Shown here: positions 1 through 10,237 of the stretch, in pieces
Position numbering within the stretch: the stretch's first letter is position 1
How the letters are laid out: each line of letters begins with the position of its first letter
Origin: Planctomycetota bacterium
GTDB taxonomy: Bacteria; Planctomycetota; GCA-002687715; CAIWVZ01
Direction of reading: 5' to 3'
Assembly: GCA_044222185.1 (NCBI GenBank)
Contig: JBGANV010000001.1
Coordinates: 1,856,001 to 1,920,000 of the forward strand
Length of the DNA: 64,000 nt
The notes under the pieces: generated by a model
Told to the model about the DNA's origin: nothing
Database searches by the model: none
The model's input: only the letters and a program-made list of their open reading frames with translations
Program-made: the position numbers and the translations under genes

Positions 1-551
1 AAGGACGAGTTCATCGCAATCATGCCCACGATGAAGCGGTCTTGCGGGAGGGACACAAACTCTCGGGCCTCGACCCGATCGGCCGGGCGGAATGCCACCG
101 TGTCGACGACATGCGGGACATAGTGGGCGTCCAACCCTGCCCCCTGGACGGCGCGAAGCCCGAATTGCGAGTAGACGACGCGGTCCCAGCACGGAGCGAC
201 GGCACGGCAGAGAATCGGGGCCATCGGTTCGGTGTCGATCGGGAACCATGGCACGAGCCGAGTCGTTTGCGAAAACCGCTCCGGAGCGAACGCCCAGGCG
301 TCGTACAGTGTGACCGCAATATCGGCAGCGAACTGAGCGGCGTGCGCATCGAGGATGTCCTGGCCGCCCACGACATTCCCCTGCGGGTAGACCGTCACCC
401 CGCGCCACCTGACGATCCCGCCTCCAAGCCCGAAGTTCGCATGAACGGCGACCTCGTGTCCGAACGATTGGATGGCAGCGACGAAGTGCCGCGTCTGGAC
501 GCCGTATCCGCTGCTTGTCCACGGGGGATTTGAGGCCCACAGAACCCTCAT
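1..551 (-). CDS. Glycosyltransferase family 4 (GT-B) protein, N-terminal part; runs off the left edge
   Basis: Hand translation from ATG 551: MRVLWASNPPWTSSGYGVQTRHFVAAIQSFGHEVAVH...LYDAWAF...WFPIDTEP...HYVPHVVDTVAFRP...DRFIVGMIAMN. The N-terminal GYG loop and HxVD..F.P motif are GT4-like. Absent from the ORF track because there is no stop in the window. Confidence 0.85.
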   Translation of the reverse strand, partial: MRVLWASNPPWTSSGYGVQTRHFVAAIQSFGHEVAVHANFGLGGGIVRWRGVTVYPQGNVVGGQDILDAHAAQFAADIAVTLYDAWAFAPERFSQTTRLVPWFPIDTEPMAPILCRAVAPCWDRVVYSQFGLRAVQGAGLDAHYVPHVVDTVAFRPADRVEAREFVSLPQDRFIVGMIAMNSS

Positions 552-602
552 CGTTGGCTCATCTGAGGCACACGTCGAGACGCCCTACGGGGATGGACCC
601 AG

Positions 603-1097
603 TTAGATGTCCCCGGGCACCAGGCTCCACCCGCCAACACAGAGCTGGGCCGGCTCGTTGCCGTCAGCCGTAGAGTTCGATTGATAATGGGGCGTCCAGT
701 CGAGAGAAACCGTCGAGCCGGGCGGCATGATCACCGGCGGATCGAATAGGTACCGAGCACCCTGACCGTTCAAGGGAATCACGACAGACGCGGCAATCGC
801 TCCGTCTACAGAAACCGTAAGCCGCCCGTAGGGGCTCGTAACCGAAACCTGACTTGGAGGGCTGCCGACTTCGGTAAGCGCGAGCCCGACGCTGGCGGGC
901 AACTGGCAAGTCTGAGTACCGCCCCCTATCGCCACTGGAAGGACACCGCGGACCGCACGATTCAACGGAAGATCCGCGATGCGGATCGGCGCCGTTCGCG
1001 CAGGGCCGAGGGCCGGACCTGCCGATGCATCTCGTGTGAGTGACGTCGCAAGTAGTGCGGATGCGGTTGACGCGATGATCAAGGCGGTGTATTTCAC
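603..1097 (-). CDS. Secreted hypothetical protein (beta-rich)
   Basis: GTG at 1097 gives MKYTALIIASTASALLATSLTRDASA, a signal-peptide-like start. The remainder is Pro/Gly/Val-rich. Confidence 0.6.
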   Translation of the reverse strand: MKYTALIIASTASALLATSLTRDASAGPALGPARTAPIRIADLPLNRAVRGVLPVAIGGGTQTCQLPASVGLALTEVGSPPSQVSVTSPYGRLTVSVDGAIAASVVIPLNGQGARYLFDPPVIMPPGSTVSLDWTPHYQSNSTADGNEPAQLCVGGWSLVPGDI

Positions 1098-1158
1098 GTT
1101 TTGCTCTCGTCGCAGGTCAGGTGTAGGCTCCGTCACGACCACCGGACAAGGCCGACAG

Positions 1159-1527
1159 TCAATCAATGGCCGTGTTTATGGAAAGCTGAAACACGCCTTG
1201 TTGGCCGGTAGCACCCGGCGAGATCCGGACCTTGGACCATGCCGACGTCAGCGGGAGTCCGCCGCTCGCAGACTTTCCGAATGACACCACGGTCCCAATC
1301 AGGAGCGCCGTTCCTGGGATCAGAGTTCCAACAGGCAGCGAGTTGCCTCTTACGACTGTTCCGACCTGATCATCACTTGCGATCAACGATGCCGTGAATG
1401 TCCCCGATCCGCTCATCCCAAGGATCGTCACAGACATCGCATTCTTGTCCGCCATCGCGATCCACGGCGTCTCGACATACGCGTCCGCCGTACCTAAGCG
1501 CAACAGCGGAAAGTTCGACACTGACAT
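1159..1527 (-). CDS. Hypothetical small beta-sandwich-like protein (122 aa)
   Basis: Strong SD (CAGGAGG) before ATG 1527; MSVSNFPLLRLGTADAYVETPWI...WSKVRISPG. Confidence 0.65.
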   Translation of the reverse strand: MSVSNFPLLRLGTADAYVETPWIAMADKNAMSVTILGMSGSGTFTASLIASDDQVGTVVRGNSLPVGTLIPGTALLIGTVVSFGKSASGGLPLTSAWSKVRISPGATGQQGVFQLSINTAID

Positions 1528-1673
1528 CTCTGCCTCCTGTGGGAGGCTCCGCGCTGCGGAGTCCCCGTGCGTGCTGCGCCTCGCCTGACATTTACCCGTC
1601 GCCCATGCGACGTCGCCGTGAGAGGCCTTGCAGCTTCGGCTGCAACGGTGAGCAGCATAGGGGCGAAAAAAAA

Positions 1674-1690
1674 TGCAAGAGGCGTGCCTG
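1674..1690 (-). promoter_or_regulatory. Putative sigma54 promoter (-24/-12)
   Basis: Minus strand CAGGCACGCCTCTTGCA has GG-N10-GC and is close to the TGGCACGNNNNTTGCW consensus. It lies upstream of the 1527 gene. Confidence 0.6.
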
Positions 1691-1987
1691 GCAGAAATCC
1701 TGCACAGCCAGCCGTGTTGGGCAACGGGCTGAACGATCGGCGGTGAGAAGGGTGGCGCGAGCACCTCTCCTTGCCAGTGCAACGAAGCAGGATCGCGGCT
1801 GGATGGGCGATGGGAAGTTCAACCTCGCTCCGGAAGCTGGTCAAGTGATGCCATCGCACTGCAGGCGGTCGAGCGCCAAGAAAGGTGTGAGGCGGTGGCG
1901 TTGAGCGATGCAAGTTAGCCGCTTTCGTCGACGCGCGTGACCGCGGTCGGCGACGTGTGGTGTGGGCGCGAGTGGGTAGACGGCGCG

Positions 1988-2176
1988 GGAGCGCCTGGCC
2001 TCCCGAGTCCGACGAGGAGGCCTGGCTGGATGGCGAGACCTCCGGGCTCGCCGGAGCGTGGAGGGGCGTTGAGATTCAGACGGCTGGCGCGCACGCCGTT
2101 CAGCGACATCAGATCCGGTCCGAGTTCCCGGCGGGGCGGAGCCCCCGCCACCCAGCCGCGTGAAACGCGGCGCTCC
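1988..2176. repeat. ~190-bp structured repeat, copy A (REP/REPIN- or MITE-like)
   Basis: Imperfect direct repeat of 2690-2882 with ends GGAGCGC...GCGCTCC. Contains hairpins GCCGCGTGAAACGCGGC and GGCGGGGCGGAGCCCCCGCC. Confidence 0.85.
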
Positions 2177-2212
2177 GTCGGCGCGCCACGCCCGAGCACC
2201 CGTGACTCCGAT

Positions 2213-2455
2213 CTATCCAAACAACCGTGCAGCAAGCTCGTCGCGGGACATGCCAAAGTGCGTCGCAATGTCACCAAGAATGGCGCCAAGCGTGCCAACC
2301 CGGAGCGGTCGGTGGTCGGGGACTGTCACGTGATGCTGCCCGCGCATCGTCGTCGTCAGTCGGATGTGGCTCCCCGTCTGGCGTGTGACCTCGTACCCAA
2401 GGGACTTCAGCGAGAGGACGAGGTCTCGGCCGGTCAGGTCGCGCGGCATTCTCAC
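2213..2455 (-). CDS. hicA: HicA-family toxin (mRNA interferase)
   Basis: 80 aa with L..LGYEVTRQTGSHIRL...VTVPDH..L.VGTL..IL; the catalytic GSH is present. GTGA overlap with the upstream antitoxin gene. Confidence 0.9.
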   Translation of the reverse strand: MRMPRDLTGRDLVLSLKSLGYEVTRQTGSHIRLTTTMRGQHHVTVPDHRPLRVGTLGAILGDIATHFGMSRDELAARLFG

Positions 2456-2664
2456 GCCGTGAACACCTCGTCACGGACGAAGTGGAGGCGGATCATGGCC
2501 GGGCCATCCCCTGACGAGTAGTGGCAGGAAACGGCGTCGCGAACGTTCGAGCGCAGTTCGTCGAGCGACTCCGCCTCGGTGAAGATCGATTCACCAAGCG
2601 CACGAGCAATGAACCCGCCCTCGGAAGCCTCCTCAACGAGGAAAATGATCTCGGTCGACTTCAT
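2452..2664 (-). CDS. hicB: HicB-like antitoxin (short form, no DNA-binding domain)
   Basis: MKSTEIIFLVEEASEGGFIARALGESIFTEAESLDELRSNVRDAVSCHY is a typical HicB-like fold. An extended -10 (TGaTATGCT) lies 7 nt before ATG 2664. Confidence 0.85.
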   Translation of the reverse strand: MKSTEIIFLVEEASEGGFIARALGESIFTEAESLDELRSNVRDAVSCHYSSGDGPAMIRLHFVRDEVFTA

Positions 2665-2689
2665 GCGCAAGAGCATATCACCGCTTGCC

Positions 2690-2881
2690 GGAGCGCGAAG
2701 CCAGCCGAGTTCGACGAGGAGCCCTGGCTGGATGGCGAGACCTCCGGGCTCGCCCGGGAGCGTGGAGGGATGTTGAGATTCAGACATCCGCGTCGCCCGG
2801 GGTTTCAGAGACGTGAGATCCGATGCGAGTTCGCGGCAGGGCGGGAGCCCCCGCCGTCCGGCCGCGTGAAACGCGGCGCTC

Positions 2882-2882
<1 letters not shown>
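2690..2882. repeat. ~190-bp structured repeat, copy B
   Basis: Shares long identical blocks with copy A (CCTGGCTGGATGGCGAGACCTCCGGGCTCGCC; GCCGCGTGAAACGCGGCGCTCC). Its end overlaps the asnS TAG. Confidence 0.85.
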
Positions 2883-4180
<1,298 letters not shown>

Positions 4181-4209
4181 CTCGATTCGCTTTCCGTCTT
4201 CGTCTCGTT

Positions 4210-4800
4210 TCAGGGAAACATCCGCATGCCGAGCTCGGCCTCGGACTCGACGGTGCTTCCGTTCACCACCACGCGGCCGTGCCAGAGGTCGGTGCCGCGA
4301 AAGGCGCGCGCCCGCACGACCTCGCGGCCGTCGGCGCGCACGGCCGTTCCGTCCACCTGGACGCGCGTCAACCCGAGTGATTCGAGGTGACGGCGCGCGA
4401 GATCCACGGCCGAGGGCGCGGCGGGCACCGCCTCGACCTCGGGCTCGACGGCCGACGCGATCGCCGCATCGGCAGCGCGCGCATCCGCCAGCTCTTCGAC
4501 GCGCCGCAACGTCTCGACGCCGCGCTCGTCCGCCGCGCGGACTTCGATGCGCGCCTGCTCGATCGTCGCAGCCACCTCGCCGATCTCTCGCTGGACCTCG
4601 ACGACCGTCGCGTTCAGGCTCGAGAGGGCGTCCCTCACCCGATCGCCGTCGGCCGCCCGAACCTCGTTTCGACGCCGCAACTCGTCGAGCGCGGCGTTGG
4701 CGGCGCCGAGGCTGCGCTCCATCTGCCTCAATTTGAGGAAGAAGAAGACGTACGCGGCCAACGTCATGACGAGGAGGATGGCGAAGAACAGCGGATTCAT
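4210..4800 (-). CDS. Membrane-anchored coiled-coil hypothetical protein
   Basis: MNPLFFAILLVMTLAAYVFFFLKL TM helix, then heptad-rich region. A TGcTACCAT -10 lies upstream. Confidence 0.7.
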   Translation of the reverse strand: MNPLFFAILLVMTLAAYVFFFLKLRQMERSLGAANAALDELRRRNEVRAADGDRVRDALSSLNATVVEVQREIGEVAATIEQARIEVRAADERGVETLRRVEELADARAADAAIASAVEPEVEAVPAAPSAVDLARRHLESLGLTRVQVDGTAVRADGREVVRARAFRGTDLWHGRVVVNGSTVESEAELGMRMFP

Positions 4801-4877
4801 GGCGGGATTTCCGAGCGCGCATGGTAGCAGCCGATCGCGGCATCGGGAGCGCCGCGGCCCTGGCCGATCCGCCCGCG

Positions 4878-6155
4878 TCAGATGAGGACGGGCCACGCCC
4901 GCATGAACACGACGAACCCGGCGACCTGGGCGGCCAGACCCGCCGCGGCGAGCACCCACCCGACCTTCCCGCCCGGCAGCAATCGCGCCGTGCCCACGAA
5001 GAGCGGCGCCGTCGCGAAGAGGTAGCGCGGGAGCGAGATCACGTGGTTGCTCAAGGCACCGATGGCGATCAGCGCGAGCGCGGCGACGGCGAGCATCCGC
5101 GGGATGCGGCGCCCCGCCTTCGGCACGAGCAGTCCGATGAACCCGACGAACGCCAGCACGAGCGCCCCGATCTGCACGGAGTCGCGGATGACGTCGAGCT
5201 GCGTCGGTCCGCCGAGACGGAAGATGTGCGCGAGCCCGGCGAGCGACGGGAACGAGCCGTGCCCGTACCCCGCCTGCACGTCGAGCCACGCGCGCGGGTT
5301 GCCCAGCGTGATCTGATGCCAGACCGCGACGGCCAGCGGACCGAGCAGAACCAGGCCCGACGACGCCACCCCACGCACGATCCGACCGCGGAGCTCGCCG
5401 CGACGAACCGCCGCCAGCGCCAGCGGGAGCGCCAGGAGGAACCCGACCGGCCGGGTGAACGCCGCAAGCGCGCCCACGAGCCCCGCGAGCACGCCGCGTC
5501 GCTGCAGTGCGAGGTTGAGCGCCTCGATCGACAGCCACAGGAACATCGATTCCGAGAGGCACACCGATCCGAAGAACGCCGTGGGCCAGACGAGCATGGC
5601 GATCACCGCACGTTTCGCCGACATGGCGTCGAGCACGGAATTCGCAAGCCGCCACAACGCGCCCGCCGCGAAGAGCAGCGTGGCGTTCGACACGAGCACG
5701 GCGATCAACAAGAGGTCGGGCTGCGCGAGCGCGAGGACGTTCGTCCCGTTGCCGAGGACGAGCGCGACGACGGTCGCGACGGCGCGGCACGCCACCGGAT
5801 ACCCCGGATAGAACCCCGCCTCCTGCGGCGGCACCCCCGTCGGCGTCGGGTTGTAGCCCAGGAACGCGATCGTGAGGTAGAAGCTCGCATCCATCCGCAC
5901 GAACGGGTCGAGGCGCGGCGCCGCGGGCACGTAGTAGAGCTCCCCGTTCTCCCCCGGCTGCCACGGGATCGTCTGCGTCCGCAGAACGCCTGTCGCGTCC
6001 GGCACCTCGTAGCTCATGCAACGGTCGAGCGGCCAGTCGACGAACGTCGCGAGAACGAGGACGAGGCGAGTGAGCACGAACACCCCGAGGATCATCCCCC
6101 AGGGCACGCGCGCGCGAACCGCTCCTCCGTTCGACTCCGAAACTGCGCCATCCAC
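4878..6155 (-). CDS. GT-C fold mannosyltransferase-like (PIG-V type) membrane protein
   Basis: RMDASFYLTIAFLGY, AGFYPGYP, SESMFL, TRPVG and SLPRY motifs with many TM segments. Start uncertain (GTG 6155 after TATAAT, or ATG 6095). Confidence 0.8.
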   Translation of the reverse strand: MDGAVSESNGGAVRARVPWGMILGVFVLTRLVLVLATFVDWPLDRCMSYEVPDATGVLRTQTIPWQPGENGELYYVPAAPRLDPFVRMDASFYLTIAFLGYNPTPTGVPPQEAGFYPGYPVACRAVATVVALVLGNGTNVLALAQPDLLLIAVLVSNATLLFAAGALWRLANSVLDAMSAKRAVIAMLVWPTAFFGSVCLSESMFLWLSIEALNLALQRRGVLAGLVGALAAFTRPVGFLLALPLALAAVRRGELRGRIVRGVASSGLVLLGPLAVAVWHQITLGNPRAWLDVQAGYGHGSFPSLAGLAHIFRLGGPTQLDVIRDSVQIGALVLAFVGFIGLLVPKAGRRIPRMLAVAALALIAIGALSNHVISLPRYLFATAPLFVGTARLLPGGKVGWVLAAAGLAAQVAGFVVFMRAWPVLI

Positions 6156-6225
6156 GAGGCCCGGATTATAGAAGCGATCCTCGCTCTCATCCTTGAAGCC
6201 TGGAAAAGCGTCGCGAAGATCGCCC

Positions 6226-7671
6226 ATGCGCGCTGCCGCCCCGCTCGTGATGTGTCTCGCTCTGAGCGCCGGGATGATCCCATTCGGCGTGTCGCCCCAG
6301 GACTCGAAGCCGAGCGAGCCCAAGGTCCCCGACCCGACGAAATTGCCGGGTTTCGCCGCCTACACGAAGCACTGCGCGCCGTGTCACGGCGAACGCGGCG
6401 ATGGCCAGGGCGTGGCCTGGCGGTTTCTCGATCCGCCGCCTCGGGACTTCAAGCGCGGGCTCCTCCGGCTCGTGTCGTCTCCCAACGGTGCTCCCAGCGG
6501 CAAGGACCTGTTCGAGACCATCGCCGGGGGGATCAGCGGGACCGCGATGATCCCGTTCGCGCACATCGGCGAAGAGGAGGTTTGGAAGCTCATCGACGTC
6601 GTGCTCGCGTTTCGCGCGCAGGGCATTCTGGAGCGGTTGAAGGCTGGCGGCTTGGAAGGCCAGGACCTCCAAAAACAATTCGATGCCCTCACCACGCCGA
6701 TCCTCGAACCCAGCGAGCCCGGAGCACCCGTGGAGACGTTCGAGAGCGCCGCGCGCGGACTGCTCCTCTACCGAGCCCACTGTTCGTCGTGTCACGGCAT
6801 CGACGGTCGCGGGCTCGTGAGTCAGCCCGAGCAGAAGACGACGACCGAGGGCTACGCGATCCGCCCCCGCGACTTCACGCGGGGCGTCCTCAAGCAGTTC
6901 CCCACTCCCGCCAACCTCTTCGATCGCATCCGGTACGGAATGCCGGGCACGCCCATGCCCGCGTTCCCGAAGACGCAGCTCGACGCGGAAGCGGTGTGGA
7001 ACATCATCCACTACCTGCACACGCTCACTCCGCTCCACGCGCAGTCCATGGCGCAGCCACAGTCGCAGGACCTGAAGGCGGTGCGCCTCACGGGCGACGC
7101 GCCCACGTCGCTCGACGATCCGCGCTTCTCCGCGGCTCCGGCGCAGTGGATCCCCTTCGCACCGTTCCGCATCGACGAGGCCACGATCCCGGGCGCGTTC
7201 GTGCAGGCGCTCGTCGCCTCCGACGTCGTCGCGTTCCGGCTGACGATCCCCGATCCGACGCGCGACGTCCCTGGCGAGGGTCGCGAGACGCCGCCGGACG
7301 GCATCGCCGTTCGCATCACGGCCACGCGCAAGCCGCCCGTCCTCCCCTTCCCGAATCAACCAGCTCGCATCGATCGCGCCCTCGTGCTGACGGGCCCGCA
7401 GCCCGGCGGCACCGACAAGGTGTTCACGGCGACGCCACGCTTCGAGAACCCCGAGAGCGTCTGCCGCGCCGTCATCCCCCCCGATCGCGTCGGCAAGATC
7501 GAGTATCGCAACGGCTCGTGGCACGTGGTGATCGCCGTGCGCACGGAGCAGGCGGGCGATGCGCTGGGAACGTCGCCGCTCTCGGTGAGCTTCGCGCCAT
7601 TCGACGGATCGCTTCGACGGGGCCCCATGCCCGTGGGGTTCTCGGCCTGGCTCGGGCTGCGGGTGCAGTAG
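6226..7671 (+). CDS. Di-heme c-type cytochrome with C-terminal DOMON/ethylbenzene-dehydrogenase-like domain
   Basis: Signal peptide, two CxxCH motifs (CAPCH, CSSCH), each followed by PRDF..G and GT.MP.F. C-terminal beta domain. Confidence 0.85.
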   Translation: MRAAAPLVMCLALSAGMIPFGVSPQDSKPSEPKVPDPTKLPGFAAYTKHCAPCHGERGDGQGVAWRFLDPPPRDFKRGLLRLVSSPNGAPSGKDLFETIAGGISGTAMIPFAHIGEEEVWKLIDVVLAFRAQGILERLKAGGLEGQDLQKQFDALTTPILEPSEPGAPVETFESAARGLLLYRAHCSSCHGIDGRGLVSQPEQKTTTEGYAIRPRDFTRGVLKQFPTPANLFDRIRYGMPGTPMPAFPKTQLDAEAVWNIIHYLHTLTPLHAQSMAQPQSQDLKAVRLTGDAPTSLDDPRFSAAPAQWIPFAPFRIDEATIPGAFVQALVASDVVAFRLTIPDPTRDVPGEGRETPPDGIAVRITATRKPPVLPFPNQPARIDRALVLTGPQPGGTDKVFTATPRFENPESVCRAVIPPDRVGKIEYRNGSWHVVIAVRTEQAGDALGTSPLSVSFAPFDGSLRRGPMPVGFSAWLGLRVQ

Positions 7672-7690
7672 GACAGCACCCCACGCCGGG

Positions 7691-9355
7691 TCAGGCGCGC
7701 ACGCCGCGAGGTACGATCGCCCGCAGCAGCAGTACGCACATCGCGACCGCGGCGGTCCAGGCGAAGGCGGGCGTCAGGTCGGTCGTCACCGTCTCACGCG
7801 GTGCGGGCGCGGGCGCGATCACCTGAGGATCGCGAGCACGGGCGACGGTCGATTCCGTCGGCGCGAGTACGCCGGTCGCGAGCCGCGTGATCCGTCCATC
7901 GCTCGCGGTCAGCGTGCCGATCCCCGGCTGATCCGGTGCAACCGTGAAACGTCCATCAGCCCCCAAGGGGACGACGACCTCGTCCGTCGAACCAGACTCC
8001 CGCCAGGTGGCCCGCGTCGCGCCGAACGACGGGACGCTGCGCGCTACGCCGGCCTGGCCGCACACGAGCTCTCCAAGGGACGAGGACGCACCGGCGCGTT
8101 CGAGAATCCGCTTGATCGCCAGTGGAAACGAGGGCTTGGTCGACCAGCCCGTGCGATCGGGGTCGACGAGCAGGATGAACGTGGACCCTGACCGGACGAG
8201 GAGGGGTACTCCTTCGGCGAGCAGCAGCGACTCCGTCCCTGCGGGCCGGTCCACGAGCGCATGAACGGCCGGCCAATGGTCGTGCTGGAGGTCGAAGCCC
8301 TCCCAGGGACCCGCGCCCGCGCCATTCCCCGCGACGTCGCGAGCGGGGCCCAACGCGAAGCCCGCCACGCGAACCTCGGGCGCGACGAGCAGCGTCGTTC
8401 CGCGGCCGACGAAGCCGACGCAGAGATCGGCCGACGGATCCGGTGCCGCCGTGAGCCGCGCCGCAGGATGAGCGAGGATCGCCCGTTGGATCGACGCCAG
8501 GCTCGTTCCCTCGACGGCGACCGAAACCCCAGCGTCCGCCTCGACCAGGTCGACGACGTCGTCGGCGGCGAGCGCGTCCGGCGGAGCGAGTTCGATGTGC
8601 AGTTGCTTCACGCTCGGCGCGAGCGGCAGGAGCCGCCGCCAACCCGGGTCGCCCGGCGACGCGATCGCCTCGTCGAGGAGGACGGCGCCCCGGTCATCGA
8701 CGATGCGGAGGTTGCGCGCGGCCGCGCCGGAGTCTCCTTCGACCCGGACGAGGAGCCCAGCACCCGCGCGCACGCCCGCTGCCGTGATGCCCGCATTCCG
8801 CGCGCCATCTCCGACCCCCGCGATTCCAACTCCCGCAGGCAGGCCGCCTGGTTCCAACACGCGATCCGTGACGACGACGACCCGGCTCGCTGCGTGCGCT
8901 CGAACCGCGTCGAGCAGGGCGTCCGTCGAGACCTCGGCTCCGGATGCGCGTGACGATTGTGCGTCGCTGGCCGGAGGGACTCCGACGATACGGGCCGAAT
9001 CGCCCAGCATCCGCCGCGCCTCACGCAGCCCGCGCTCGATCCGTGACGTTCCGCCGTCCATGGTTCCCATGGACGCGGAGCGGTCGAGGATGATGATGCC
9101 GGGGGCGGCGTCGCGCCGCGTGCATCCGGGACCAGATAGCGCGCCCGTGAGCGCGACGAGCGGGACGATGAGGATCCAATCCCGCCACCTCGGGCGGAGC
9201 CTCGCGGCTGCGGGGGGCAACACTGCGGCGGCGCGACGCCACAGGAGGTGATCGGATGCCAGTCGAAGTCTCCGCGACTCGTTGCGGGCCCGAAGGAAGA
9301 GCAGTGCTGCCCAGGCAGGAATCAGGAGGAGCACGAGCGGCGTCGCGAAGCTCAC
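7691..9355 (-). CDS. BatA-like/vWA domain membrane protein
   Basis: N-terminal BatA-like segment (F.TP..LLL...S..LLW), MIDAS-like ILDRSASM, C-terminal TM. GTGA overlap with the DUF58 stop. Confidence 0.8.
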   Translation of the reverse strand: MSFATPLVLLLIPAWAALLFLRARNESRRLRLASDHLLWRRAAAVLPPAAARLRPRWRDWILIVPLVALTGALSGPGCTRRDAAPGIIILDRSASMGTMDGGTSRIERGLREARRMLGDSARIVGVPPASDAQSSRASGAEVSTDALLDAVRAHAASRVVVVTDRVLEPGGLPAGVGIAGVGDGARNAGITAAGVRAGAGLLVRVEGDSGAAARNLRIVDDRGAVLLDEAIASPGDPGWRRLLPLAPSVKQLHIELAPPDALAADDVVDLVEADAGVSVAVEGTSLASIQRAILAHPAARLTAAPDPSADLCVGFVGRGTTLLVAPEVRVAGFALGPARDVAGNGAGAGPWEGFDLQHDHWPAVHALVDRPAGTESLLLAEGVPLLVRSGSTFILLVDPDRTGWSTKPSFPLAIKRILERAGASSSLGELVCGQAGVARSVPSFGATRATWRESGSTDEVVVPLGADGRFTVAPDQPGIGTLTASDGRITRLATGVLAPTESTVARARDPQVIAPAPAPRETVTTDLTPAFAWTAAVAMCVLLLRAIVPRGVRA

Positions 9356-10236
9356 CAGGGCCGCCCTCCCAGCAGCGCGGTCGCGACGACCGTCTCGAAC
9401 GCGTCGTGGGCGACGACCGTCGTCGCGCGGATTCCATGCTCGACGGCGAGCGCGAGGACCGAATCGACGTGATCGGTCCGTGCTTTCGTCAGCGCGGCGC
9501 GCCAGGCCGCCGTCGACTCGACCACGACCTCGCGGCCCGACTCCGGGTCGACGAGACGCGCGGCGTCGCCCGCGGGAACGTCCAGAATCGCGTCGTCGTG
9601 CGCCATGACGAGGAAGAGGCAGGCAGCCTGGCCCGCCGCCGCGATGGCCGCAAATGATCGCGTCGCGATCGGCTCCACGAGCAGGTCCGTGACCCACGCG
9701 ACGAAGCGCGGCGACCCGCGGCGGCGCTCCACGCGGTCGACAGCCGCCGGATCCGGGCTGCCCGCTGGCGGCGGCAGTCCGGCCACGGTCTCTACGGCGT
9801 TCCAGCTCTCGCGGAGTCCGCTCCACGCGCCGACCGGACGAAGGGCCGCCGCCTCGGGGACCAGGAGCCGCGCCGTACCACCCGCCGATGTCGCGAGGAA
9901 CAGCAACGCGGCCGCGATCTCCCGCGAGCGCCCGTCCTGTGCCGAGCCGGCGGGCCCCATGGAGGCCGACCGATCGAGGATCACGAGGACTTCGGGCGCG
10001 TCTTCGCGGGTGAACGTCTTCACGGCGAGTTCGCCGCTCCGAAGGAAGACGTTCCAGTCGAGGTGCCGGACGTCGTCACCCGGCGCGTAGGGGCGATGGT
10101 CTCGAAACTCCACCTGCCCCGTCCGCGCCGACGACCACCCGCGCTCCGCTTCGCCGCGCGAGCGCCTCAGCAGCTCCTGCTTCAGGTGCAGCAGCCGAGC
10201 ACGGAACTCCGGCGCGAACGAAAACGCCGGGCTCAG
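9352..10236 (-). CDS. DUF58 domain protein (probable CTG start)
   Basis: EFRDHRPYAPGDDVRHLDWNVF and LDRSASM motifs. The frame stays open to CTG 10236, which has SD GAGGTG 7 nt upstream. Confidence 0.85.
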   Translation of the reverse strand: MSPAFSFAPEFRARLLHLKQELLRRSRGEAERGWSSARTGQVEFRDHRPYAPGDDVRHLDWNVFLRSGELAVKTFTREDAPEVLVILDRSASMGPAGSAQDGRSREIAAALLFLATSAGGTARLLVPEAAALRPVGAWSGLRESWNAVETVAGLPPPAGSPDPAAVDRVERRRGSPRFVAWVTDLLVEPIATRSFAAIAAAGQAACLFLVMAHDDAILDVPAGDAARLVDPESGREVVVESTAAWRAALTKARTDHVDSVLALAVEHGIRATTVVAHDAFETVVATALLGGRPW

Positions 10237-10237
10237 T

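Noticed and set aside
42-533. 163-aa plus-strand ORF
   Set aside because: Antisense shadow of the minus-strand GT4 gene
1915-2298. ORFs overlapping repeat A (and the N-terminal extension of ORF 2452..2787)
   Set aside because: They are translations of the repeat; indels between the copies break frame, arguing against coding
4821-7826. 1001-aa plus-strand ORF and similar long Arg-rich ORFs (e.g. 27394..30021, 10379..12193)
   Set aside because: Alternative-frame or antisense products of high GC overlapping well-supported genes
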